Source: Stegostoma tigrinum (taxonomy: Eukaryota). From it: a DNA stretch of 64,000 nucleotides. The translations under genes and the position numbers were made by a program. Where the stretch lies: positions 21,474,629 to 21,538,628 of the forward strand of contig NC_081391.1 of the NCBI RefSeq assembly GCF_030684315.1, read 5' to 3'. The notes under the pieces are model-generated. The model had not been told where the DNA came from. It saw only the letters and a list, made by a program, of their open reading frames with translations, and ran no database searches. Of the stretch, positions 1 to 11,269 are shown piece after piece; position 1 is the stretch's first letter; each line of letters starts with the position of its first letter.

Positions 1-1629
1 ACAGTGAGGTGTTTACCAGCAATTTGTTCTGATGCCTTGGTGTTACTCATTTTCGTAAATCGTAAAATTCCTCCTCCAAAGAGTTAGATAGAATGCTTTT
101 CCGCAGTTTTTTTCTTTGACATAAGCAATTGCTTATTGCACTCTTCCCTGAGCTAGGGAATTAGTTTCTTCAGTACCTCCTTCTTACATGTCAGAGAAAG
201 GAAACATCTACCTTGTCTTACAATGCTAAAGATGAGGAACTGCGTTGGGAATGAAGCAGTGCCCCCCTTGTTGCCTGTGTGATAATTTCTATTATTACCC
301 TGCAACGAAGAGGTGACAAATACTGAGGATGCTTGGTGCAAAATCAAGCTAAAATGCAAAGAGCATGTGCAGAAATCAGCAGTTTCAATTTTCAAGCAGA
401 TCAGATCGCCTGCTGTCGACTGGCTGATCTGTGACTCCACACAGTGCACTGTGGGGGCCTAATCACTATCAATCAGTCCTGAATTACAATGTGACTGCTT
501 TGTGTAAGGGCTTTAACAGGATCAGGATATCACTGACGGGCAGCATTTATTATCCAGCTCTGATTACCCACCCAGCCCATGAGTCATTCAAATTAAACCC
601 CTTTGCTGTGGCCGTGGGGTTACACATAAGCCAGAGCAGGTAAGGATGGCAGTTTCTTACAAACAAGGACATTAGTGAACTAGAAGAGGCTTGTTTGCAC
701 CATCACTTCTGGAATGAGAATGATGTGCAGGAAATTCAGTGATGTCAGACAGAATCAGGAAAACAGGTAGCAGTCTAACACTCCAGAATGTTGACAGCCT
801 CCAGCAAACGAGCAGCCACTTTAGTCAATCCTTCCACCACTGACATATGCAGAGACTGCAATATATACCATCTACCAAATGCTGTAGGAATCCACCAAAG
901 CTCCTCAGACAACTTCTTAAAACCGTAACTACTTTCCATCGGACAAGGGCCGCAGAAATGTGGGAACACCACGCATCTCCACGTTCTACACTAAGCCACT
1001 GCTCATCTGGCGTTGGAAACATAGCCCACATTCCCTCCCTAACAGCAGTATGGCTTTGCCTACACCAAATGGGCAACAGTAACGCAAGAAGGAAAGTCAC
1101 CACGTTCTCGAAACTAATGTTAGCCCTGATCTCTGAGGGGTTCAAATACCTCTGGATGGAGAGGTTTTGGTGAAATTGTCAAGTTCCTGTTCAACCACAG
1201 CCGGAGTGCACAGTTCTGGCAGGTACGACCCCAACAATGGTCATGCACAGAATTTCTGGAAGTAACCTGGACAGAGAGATGGTTAATTCATCATAATGGC
1301 TTGTCCAGTCCCTCTGTGTAGAAGGTTAAGGGATGGCTGTAACTGATATTGTTCAGAGGACTAACGGATTTGACAGGGTAGAGAGGAAAGAACCCATTTC
1401 TTCTCAATGATCATCTCGGACTGTGCGGAGAATGGGATGACAATCTTCACATGAGAACTACATCATCCAGGATCACGTCAAAAACAGTTACTTTGTGGAA
1501 AGGACAACATTTGCACGCACAGATATTTACTGCACAAGGCTTGATGTTGCCAATCACTTTCCAATTTCAAGACATAAAAAAAAGTGAGTCATGCATTTTT
1601 GTCCAAGAAACACAGAAAGACAAAACAGG

Positions 1630-2330
1630 CTTGATGTTACAAATCTGATGTGAGTACAGGAGCTCAGAAGCTTTCGGTTTCAAGTATGCGATTATCTGAA
1701 AGTGGTCAGGCAGGATGAAGCTGTTATTAATGGAGATTGAGCCACCTATGTGAACCTTGTGTTTTCAAATTGAGGCATCGAGAATAAAAGCAATGAATTG
1801 ATATTGCACCTGTACAAATCATTAGTTAGACCACATTTCCATTATGTACTCAGTTCTGGGCATGGCATTCAAGGCACGACATGAAAAACCTCAAAAGAGT
1901 TCAAAGGAGATTTATTAGAATGACCCCAGGAATGAGGAATTTTAGATACACAGAAAGATGAAGGAAAATGGGCTAAATCTCCTTCCAGGTGACCTTGTTG
2001 ACATGATCAAAACTATGAACAATTTTGATAGAGTAAACACGATATTCTGATTTCAGCAGTTGACTTCTCAGTGACGAGGGGTCACAGTTTGTCAGTAGGG
2101 GAGATCAGAGAAAATGGGAAGAAACCTCTTTGCTCAAAGTTGTTCGGATTTGGAATGTGCTGCCTGGGAGAGTGACGGAGGTGGATTCCATGGGTGGTTT
2201 CAAAACAAGAGTTGGATATGTCCTTGGAAGTGACGAATTTAGAGAGGGACAGAGATAGGGCTGGAAAGTGGGACTAATCAGGTAGCTCTTTCAGAAGCTA
2301 ATACAGGAACGGTGGGCTGAACGGCCTCCT
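1630..2330 (+). mobile_element. Old degenerate CR1-like LINE 3' remnant; paralogues at about 13500-14058, 24410-25100, 31070-31770, 39219-39820, 45720-46415, 52390-52945, 59070-59880
   Basis: Broken frame resembling LYKSLVRPH...KRVQRRF...VRIWNxLP; duplicated with the ferritin unit; boundaries approximate. Confidence 0.75.
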
Positions 2331-2399
2331 GTTGTGAAGAACGCTCTGAATTTCCACCCAGGAAATTCTGAGAGTTTGGGGACGGGGTTTGAATTCCAC

Positions 2400-2735
2400 C
2401 TGTAGAAGGCACCTTTAATGTGGGAAAGCTGTTACACATCAGCAGAGACATGGTCCTTCACACAAGGTAGACCCAGTTCCACTGGCAAAGAAATGTTGAC
2501 TGGGGATCCCCCCACTGCTGGGCAACACCCACTGTCACAGCCAACGATCGCACACCCCTATCTTCCACCTGGATGGCCGCTGGGGACTGGTTTTGCATTG
2601 CACTTTATCAGGAGCCTCCCCTCGATCGTACCGTCCAGGGTGGCCCTGCCAGGAGGTGAAATCCTCTTCAGGTATCACTCTGAGAACCAACAGAACACTC
2701 GAGGCTCTCCATCACTGCGAGGTGACAATCCACAG
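2400..2735 (-). mobile_element. Probable RTE-clade LINE 5' UTR fragment; paralogues at about 31840-32175, 39890-40225, 53010-53345, 59945-60280
   Basis: Minus strand GGATTGTCACCTCGCAGTGATGGAGAG...CCTGGCAGGGCCACCC...GATAAAG resembles fish RTE (Rex3/Expander-type) 5' ends as I remember them; not database-checked. Confidence 0.45.
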
Positions 2736-2895
2736 GCAGGAGCTGGAGGCAGGGAGATTCTGCTCAGGTACAGACCCACCACAGAATCGGAGATTTGTTA
2801 TGGCATAGCAGGAGGCCATTCGGTCCTTTGTGCCTGTACTTGTTCTGGTTGTTTTCTAAATCTGCCTGTCGAGATGATTTAAGATCTCTGGATCT

Positions 2896-2961
2896 GGCAG
2901 GAATTTGTACCAAGGCCTCCTGGTCCAAAGCTAGGGACATTACCCCTAAACCACAAGACCC
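2896..2961 (-). mobile_element. tRNA-derived SINE head remnant, repeated in paralogous spacers
   Basis: Minus strand GGTCTTGTGGTTTAGGGGTAATGTCCC...GGTACAAATTCC with degenerate Pol III A and B boxes. Confidence 0.5.
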
Positions 2962-2984
2962 TGGCTGCGCTGGTTGCACAAACA

Positions 2985-3330
2985 TAGAATCATAGAAAAT
3001 AAATGTTGAGTCGGCCATTCATCCCTTGCAGCCTGCTCTGCCATTCCATGTGATTGTGGCTGATTCCATAACTCAGCACCATATTCTCACCCTCTCTGCA
3101 ATCCCTTTTGATCCAGCCCTCAAAGCTCTCCCCAATTCCTGTTTTAGCTTCAATCCTTTTCTGTGGCAGAGAATTCCACAGGTTCCACCACCCCGCCCCC
3201 CGAGGTGAAGAGATTTCTCCTCCCCTCAGTTCTAAATGTATCCTTAGATTGCAAACCCTGGTCCTGAACTCCCCCATAATCAGGAACATCCTTCCTGTCT
3301 TTTCCACAGCAGACACTGTTATAATTTTCT
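2985..3330 (-). mobile_element. Old CR1-like 3' end remnant, antisense; paralogues near 32425-32790, 40470-40830, 53600-53970, 60530-60880
   Basis: Minus frame ...RTEGRRNLFT...WNSLPQK and a TTCTATG-type tail. Confidence 0.65.
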
Positions 3331-3649
3331 ACGACCCAGAGACAATTTCCCAACTTTCTTTCCCAAATCCCAGCACAACAAGCTGAGAAACTGATGCCCC
3401 TCTTCCTCATTGAATCCCTCGTGCAGTTGCTCACAACCACCTTAATTTTTAAAAAATGTGTAACTTTTCTCAAACCATATTTACTTCTTTTAAAAAAGAA
3501 CCAAATAACACACGACCTGATTGAGTGGTGCAGAAGGTTTGAGATGCCGAATGGCCTCCTGCTGTTCCAATCACAGAATAACCATCCAGACCTGGCTCTC
3601 ATCTCCACCTCTGATCAGCTCTGCTTAACACACCCTCCCCCTCTCTCTC

Positions 3650-3757
3650 ATTGGTGCCTGTATGCATGGGTGGTTCCTGATTGGCCAGCAGCAACTGTCA
3701 GTCATCATCAGTTCTGCCTCTCTCTGTGTGACTGCAGGATGGTCCCAGGACTATAAA
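3650..3757 (+). promoter_or_regulatory. Core promoter of copy A: two inverted CCAAT boxes, TGACTGACAG (minus strand) and TATAAA
   Basis: ATTGG 3650 and 3680, CTGTCAGTCA 3695-3704, TATAAA 3752-3757; conserved before every intact copy. Confidence 0.75.
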
Positions 3758-3828
3758 TACAAGAGCCTGTGGGAGAGAGAGACTTAGTTCTAGAGTTTTC
3801 TTGGTGCTTGTGAGCAGGAATAGTGAAG

Positions 3829-6262
3829 ATGGTTTCCCAAGTGTGTCAGAACTACCACAAGGACTGTGAGGATGCTGTTAACAAGCAGATCAACCTGGAG
3901 CTCTATTCCTCCTATACTTACCACTCCATGGTGAGCTTTGTGGAATTGAAGCCTGTGCTATGATAGTGTTGACCTGTTTGGTTTTTATGCTGAGTTAATG
4001 AATTAGCTGTAACATGTATTATTTTCTGTTGCCCTTCCCCTGTTGCAATCTAGTGCAGGTCTTAACACTGACTCTCTGTTTAAAACCTGACCATTGTCTT
4101 CATGTCCAACTGGCTCCTGGATATGGAAGGCCAGCTTGCTGTCTCTGGACAATGTAACCCTTGGTGATTTTTCATCTAACTCTGGAGGGATGATGTGGTC
4201 TTTGTCAATAACTAACTTTTAAAATTGGTTGCATTCCTTTTCTCAACAAAAGCCTTCCCTGGTGGAAACTTTTCCTGACACAAATATACTCCTTTTTGTT
4301 TAAAACCTTGCCCCATTCACCAGACTGTCTTGTGCTCAGGATGTGAAGTTCCCTGAACTAAAAGAACAGCAGCTGCTGGACACTAAACACCAACAGAAAA
4401 GCTCTACACGTCTGGAAGAAAACCAAGCTCTGGGTCCACTGACCCTTTCTCAAGTGGCCTTGAGCTATGCAATGTGAGGAAAGAGGCACACTTTCACACT
4501 ATGTATGTGATTTTTTTTTTCTCTCTCTAACTAAGCAGTTAGAATTCTGTGGAGTGGATGGTAGGACACTGGGGTTATTCAGGTGGGTGATGGTGATAAT
4601 GAGGCTGCTGACTGAGCTTTCTGGCTGTGTTCACGAACACACGTCCCTTCATTCAGTTGGACAGGGGCCTAACTGGTCTCCACCTCCTGAACAATAGTGT
4701 TTCTAACCTGCAGAGCAGGGATGTCTAATGGCTGTAGACAGCTCTCCCCTTCATCAGGCACCATGCCACATGCACTGTCTCTCTCTCTCTCTCTCTCTCC
4801 TGAACACAGGCTAGGGATTGCATTTGGTTTTTGTCCTTGATTTCCAGAAAGCTGGTGAAATATCTGCACAAAGGCTGGTTAAGTATCTGTTGTTTGGGTT
4901 ATAATCCATGGAAGGTGACTTCCTGCTTTGTCTGTTTTTTACCACTTAAATGTGGAATCAAGATGGTGCCCAGGTTAGTTCCTGAGTGAGGAGTGTCATT
5001 CATGAATTTCAGACAGTTTCCTTTTAGCCTCTTTCTCCCCACAGTTCTCTTACTTTGACCGGGATGATGTTGCCCTGCATCACTTTGCTGAGTTCTTCAA
5101 GGAGCAGTCCCATGAGGAACGGGAACACACTGAGAAACTGATGGCATTCCAGAATAAACGTGGCGGTCGAATTGTGCTGCAGGACATTAAGGTTGGATTC
5201 TGAAGCCTTCTGTTTTGTGGCTTTTTGTGAGCAGCTACAATCGACTGGTTTCTCCAGCTAATTCAATTTAGCATTGAACAAATACTGTATGAAGGGGAGG
5301 TTGTTCACCAAAATAGGCTTCCTTTAGGTGAAAGGAAATAATCATCAATTGAGACTCACCAGAATAGTGAGTAGATATCAATGTGAATGACTCTCCTTTA
5401 GACAGAATAAGGGAACAAAAGCTAAGACAGGAAATTGTTGGAATGTGGAAAGTAGCAGTGTCCAGCCTTTCAGAATCTAGAAGATGTTTCTAATGCCACA
5501 ATCGTGAAGCCAGGAATTACTTCCATTGGTACCTATTCTCTGCATGTGAATTCTAAGAATCTACATGAACAGTAGAATGTGTTTAGAAAATTTCTTATTT
5601 CCCTCAGTACAAAATCTAGTTGTCTTGATCAAATTCAAGTTTGTAGTACCTCCCTACAATGATGAGGGATAACTAACTGGTGTAGACTGATGACTCAACT
5701 GCCTGCTGAACTGTGCTTTCTGTTCCCTCTTCCCTCCCTCCAGAAGCCAGAGCAGGATGAGTGGGGCAATGGTCTGGAGGCAATGCAGAGAGCTCTGCAG
5801 ATGGAGAAGGATGTGAACCAGAGTCTGCTGGATCTGCACAAACTGGCCTCTGGCCACATGGACCCTCATGTGAGTGTGGTGTATTTAAATCTGGGTTTTG
5901 AATTAAAAACAGGGATCAGACACTTGGTCCTTTTTGTGAGCCACAAGATCTCATTTGACACTGGAGGATTTTCTTGGGTTATACCAAGATCCTCCTGTTT
6001 GTAAAACTGAGCACTTTCTCGTGTGTATTTGGCAATCTCCATGACATCACTTCACTGTTCGGTCTCCCAAGCTGTATTTTGTCGGATTTAACCAGTTCCC
6101 CTCTTTGTCTTCCAGCTGTGTGACTTCCTGGAGAGGCACTACTTGGATGAGCAAGTGAGGATGATCAAGAAGCTGGGAGATCACATCACCAACCTGAAGA
6201 GACTGGGAGCCCCTGACAATGGCATGGGAGAGTACCTGTTTGACAGGCTCTCACTCAGTTGA
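3829..6262 (+). CDS. Ferritin subunit (H/M-type, ferroxidase centre intact), copy A; exons 3829-3930, 5045-5191, 5744-5869, 6116-6262; 173 aa
   Basis: Spliced translation [177 protein letters not shown] phase-0 introns at the vertebrate ferritin positions; TATA upstream; ATTAAA at 6331. Confidence 0.95.
4777..4799. repeat. (CT)n microsatellite in intron 1 of copy A
   Basis: Run of about 11 TC units. Confidence 0.8.
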
Positions 6263-7232
6263 ATGAGGTCAATAATGTGTATATTGTACATGGTGACATA
6301 ATGCTAGTAACTTGGTTGTGCTCTGAGCAAATTAAAATAGTGTTCACCATGGAACTGAGTACTTGGCATAATTTCACAGCTGACTCTGGCTCTTGGTATT
6401 GCTGTTTGACACCTGATCATTAATTCCTTTTCTGTTCTGATTAACCTTTGATTCAATGCCTGCCCCAGTGGTCTGCTCCTTTTCTCTTGTCTGTCGGAAT
6501 TAGGTGGGCAATCCTTGCAGTGGAAATTCCACAAGTGTTCAATTTGGGTTTTTGGCTAGTAAGCAGTGTTGTATTGACTCTTTTATTCCATACCAGCTTC
6601 TAGTCAATATCTTCAGTGAAACCAGCCCCCTGTCTCAATGTTAGACACTGCCCTTGGCAATGTTTAGGTCTCTTTTGTAAACAAGCAGGGGCAGGAAATA
6701 GTAGGTTTGGGGAGCCTCTGTGGAGAGAAAACTGTTCTCAGTCCCAGGTTCCAAGATACGTTATCATCTTGTGACAGACGTGGCCAGACCGGTGAGGCTT
6801 TCCAACAATTTTGTTGTCACACTTCAAATCTAATGATTTGAGCGTACATTGACTTTTTTGAACAGGAATATATATATATATAGTAGACCATCCAGCATTT
6901 CAGATGCTCAGATCTTTAGCATTTAGATAAGCCATTGTGTCCAGAGCAGGGAAATTGTTTTCTCTCTTTTGCTGCAGTGGTGGAAGGAGTGAGGGCAGTG
7001 GCTGTTTGTAGGAGAATGGCAAAGTTTGTTTTCTTGTGTATCAGTCTCTCTGCTTCTAGACAATGATCCTGATTAGGTAATGAAGCAGTCGCCACCTTCG
7101 AGCCCCTGTGGTAGAACTTCTATCACTTCTCTGCGGTCTAGAGACGTCAAATGCTCAGAACCCCTGGTGAAAATCAAGCTCGAACCCAACGGCCACTTGC
7201 AGAAAGCAGCAGTTCCTATTCTTAGCAAGGAA

Positions 7233-7334
7233 ATAAGCTCTCCTGCTGTCGACTGACCGGCCGCGCGGCTTCTGACACGGAAGATAAGCTCTCCTGCTGT
7301 CGACTGACCGGCCGCGCGGCTTCTGACACGGAAG
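7233..7334. repeat. Perfect 51-bp tandem duplication, CpG-rich
   Basis: ATAAGCTCTCCTGCTGTCGACTGACCGGCCGCGCGGCTTCTGACACGGAAG occurs twice (7233 and 7284). Confidence 0.9.
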
Positions 7335-8231
7335 TTAATGCTCCTTATCAGCTTTGTAATTCTAGAACTCCAGAGAGTTGTTGCACAGAATTAGGACATC
7401 AGTCCACCACTCCAGAAATGTGATGGCCTCCCGCTCCCACCAGCCACGAGATTCATTCTTTGCATGACTGACACACACAGAGTACACTGTGTACTGCCTC
7501 CCAAAAGCTGCAGAAATCCACCATTGCTCCTGAGACAATACTTTCCATAGCCCTAATTACGTGCCATGGGAGAAAGGCATCTGATACAGGGGAACACCAC
7601 TCCCTCTAACGACTCCACCAAGCGACATGCCATCCAGAGTTGGAAACGTGACCCGCCATGCTCCAGGGTCGGTGGATCAGAATCCTGGAATTCCCTCACT
7701 AGGAGGGATCTGACTACAGCAAATAGGCAACAGCAATTCAAGAAGGAAAGCCACCACATTCTCTCACGGTCACCCTGATCTCAGACCGGGTCCAGTACCG
7801 CTGGATGGGCCTTCTTTTGTGAAATTGTCAAGTCCTAGTTCGACCCCAGCTGGAGTGCACTGTTCCAGTAGGTGCAATCCAAAGATGCTTATGCACAGAA
7901 TTCCTGGAATGAACCTGGGCAGAAAGTTAATTGGCTACGATGATAATAGTTTTCCCAAGTCTCTCGGTGTAGAAGTGGAAGGGATGTCTGTGCTTGAAAT
8001 ATACAAGTGGATTCATGGACTTGATAGGGTAGATAGAGAGATCCTGCTTCTTTTCAATTCCATTCCAGGACCGAGAGTGGGGAATATGATTACATTCCTA
8101 GCAGTAGAAGTAAATCATCCATGATAAAGCAAAAAACAGCTGCTTTTTGGAAAGGGTGATATGTGAATGAGCAGTTAGATATTTATTCGGTAAGATGTTG
8201 ATGTTGCCAATCACTTTCCCATTGCAACATA

Positions 8232-9403
8232 CGACCAAACAGGTAGATGAGAGAAAACCGGTTGATGTGGTGTATATGGATTTCGGCAAGGCATTCGATT
8301 AGGCTATTGTACAAAATACGGAGGAATGGGTTTGTGGGAGATATAGCAGTTTGGATCAGAAATTGGCTTGCTGAAAGAAGACAGCGTGGTGGTTGATGGG
8401 AAATGTTCATCCTGGAGACCGGTTACTCGCGGTGTACCGCAAGGGTCCGTGTTGGGTCCACTGCTGTTTGTCATTTTTATAAACGTAGAAGGATGGGTGA
8501 GTAAATTTGCAGACGACACTAAGGTCGGTGGAGATGTGGATAGTGACGAAGAATGTTGTAGGTTACAGAGAGACGTAGATAAGTTGCAGAGCTGGGCTGA
8601 GAGGTGGCAAATGGAGGTTAATGCCGACAAGTGTGAGGTGATGCACTTTGGTAGGAGGAACCCGAAGGCAAAGTACAGGGCTAATGGTAAGATTCTTGGT
8701 AGTGTAGATGAGCAGAGAGATCTCGGTGACCATGTACACAGATCCTTGAAAGTTGCCACCCAGGTTGACAGGGTTGTTAAGAAGGCATACAGTGTTTTAG
8801 CTTTTATGAATGCAGGGATCAAGTTCCAGAACCAAGAAGTTATGCTGCAGCTGTACAAAACTCTGGTGCGGCCGCACTTGGAGCATTGCGTACAGTTCTG
8901 GTCACCGCATTATAAGAAGGATGTGGAAGTTTTGGAAAGGGTGCAGAGGAGGTTTACTAGGATGTTGCCTGGTATGGAGGGAAAGTCTTACGAGGAAAGG
9001 CTGAGGGACTTGAGGCTGTTTTCGTTAGAAAGAAGAAGGTTGAGAGGTGATTTAATTGAGACATCTAAGATAATCAAAGAGTTAGACAGGTTGGAGAGGG
9101 AGAGCCTTTTTCCTAGGACGGAGACGGCGAGCACGAGGGGGCATAGCTTTAAATTGAGGGGTGAAAGATATACGACAGATGTCAGAGCTAGTTTCTTTAC
9201 TCAGAGAATAGCAAGGGTGTGGAACGTTTTGCCTGCAACGGTAGTAGATTCACCAACTTTAAGTACATTTAAGTTGTCATTGGACAAGCATATGGACGTA
9301 CATGGAATAGTGTAGGTTAGATGAGCTTCAGATCGGTATGACAGGTCGGCACAACGTCAAGGGCCGAAGGGCCTGTACTGTGCTGTCATGTTCTCAGTTC
9401 TAT
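8232..9403 (+). mobile_element. 5'-truncated CR1-clade LINE (reverse transcriptase C-terminal part plus 3' UTR), young insertion
   Basis: ORF 8368-9315 with GVPQGSVLGP, KFADD and LYKTLVRPHLE motifs; GTTCT-type tail; target-site duplication AACATA at 8226-8231 and 9404-9409; absent from paralogous spacers. Confidence 0.92.
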
Positions 9404-10055
9404 AACATAAAAGATGAATGCATTTAAGATTATTTTCATTAGAAGGGTGATGGGGTCAGGGGGGAACCTGACTGAGGTCAACAAAATCATGAGAACGATA
9501 GACAAGGTGAATAGCAAGAAGCTTTTTCCCAGAGTCGGGGATTCAATGACTCGGAGTCATGAGTTCAAAATAAGAGCAAAGATTCGAGGGGATTTGGTTA
9601 GATTGCCTACAGTGTGGAAACAGGCCCTTTTAGCCAAAAATGTCCACACTGGCCCTTGAAGCATCCCACCAAAACCCCCCACACTTCTGAACCCTACGGG
9701 CAATTTATCATGTGGATGTGTGGCAAGCTCTTTACGCAGAGGTTGAAGGGTGCCTGGCACACGTTGCATGTGGAGGTGGTAGACAAAGTCACGCAAGTGT
9801 CTTTTTCAGATGTATCTGGACAGGTACATGGATGGGCAGGGAGCAACGGGATACTAACCCGAGAAAAGAGATGACAGACTTACACAGGATCTCGATCGGT
9901 GCAGGCTTGGAGGGCCGAAGGGCCTGCTCCTGTGCTGTGATTTTCTTTGTTCTTAAGTGTGCAATCAAGATGGTGACCAGGTTAGTTTCTGATTGAGGAG
10001 TGCCATTGATTAACTTCAGATATGTTTCCCTTTCCTGCCTTTCTCTTCCCCACGG

Positions 10056-11269
10056 TTCTCTTACTTTGACCGGGATGATGTTGCCCTGCGTCACTTTGCT
10101 GAGTTCTTCAAGGAGCAGTCCCATGACGTGCAGGAACACGCTGAGAACCTGATGGCTTTCCAGAATAAACGTGGAGGTCGAGTCCTCCTGCAGGACATCA
10201 AGGTTGGATTCCAAAGCCTTCTGTTTGCAGCTTTTCGTGAAATACCACTCAATTGTGGCTAGCTCAATCTGTTTAGCTTCAGGACTGAACAAATGCTGTA
10301 TGAATGGGGGGGTTGCTCACCACAATAGGATTCCCTTCACTAAAAGGAAACACTTTTGCACTTGTGATTGAACAACAGTTGGCAATTGTGATAATCCAGT
10401 ATTCTGGATGGTGAGCACATATCGGTGTCTAACGCTGCTTTGGACAAGATGAGGTGTCAAAAGGGAAAGCAGAAATCTTTCAGGTGTGGAAAGCATCAGT
10501 ATGAAGCCTTTATACATCGAGAAGATGTTTCTGATGCCTTGAGATCACTCTGATCACAGCATAGCAGGATCTGTTTAGAAATGTCCCCTTCAAGAACAGT
10601 ACCAAATACAGCAGGTGTTTCACCAAGGTCAAGTTGGCCTGTAGTACGTCCCTACAATGATGAGGGATAACTAACTGATCAGATGTAGACTAATGATACA
10701 ACTGCCTGCTGAGCTGTGCTTTCTGTTGCTGCTTCCCTCCCTCCAGAAGCCAGAGCAGGATGAATGGGGCAATGGTCTGGAGGCAATGCAGAGAGCTCTG
10801 CACATGGAGAAGGATGTGAACCAGAGTCTGCTGGATCTGCACAAACTGGCCTCTGGCCACATGGACCCTCATGTGAGTGTGGTGTATTTAAATCTGGGTT
10901 TTTGAATGAAAACAGGGATCAGACACTTGGTCCTTTTTGTTAGCCACAAGATCTCACTTGACATTGTGGAGGGTATTGTTGGGTTGTACCAAGATCCTCC
11001 TGTTTCTAAAACTGAGCACTTTCTCGCGTGTATTTGGCAATTTCCATGACATCACTTCACTGTTCGGTCTCCCAATCTGCATTTTGTCAGATTTAACCAG
11101 TTCCCCTCTTTGCTTTCTCCAGCTGTGTGACTTCCTGGAGAGGCACTACTTGGATGAGCAAGTGAAGATGATCAAGAAGCTGGGAGATCACATCACCAAC
11201 CTGAAGAGACTGGGAGCCACTGACAATGGCATGGGAGAGTTCCTGTTTGACAGGCTCTCACTCAGCTGA
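10056..11269 (+). pseudogene. Ferritin pseudogene, copy B; exons 2-4 only (10056-10202, 10747-10872, 11123-11269)
   Basis: No promoter or exon 1 upstream; exon-2 acceptor CAG mutated to CGG (10053-10055); ferroxidase segment SHEEREH changed to SHDVQEH. Confidence 0.9.

Noticed and set aside
2418-2882. Recurrent 154-196 aa ORF (..WESCYTSAETWSF..) upstream of several ferritin genes
   Set aside because: No recognisable domain, lies antisense to a probable LINE 5' UTR, is broken by a stop in the copy near 40047 and ends differently at 53449; recent duplication explains the recurrence.
3394-3756. ORFs over the promoter (..MPNGLLLFQSQNNHPDL..) and other short repeated ORFs, including those antisense to ferritin exons
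   Set aside because: Variable starts and ends, no domain, and they overlap promoter motifs or repeat remnants; by-products of duplication.
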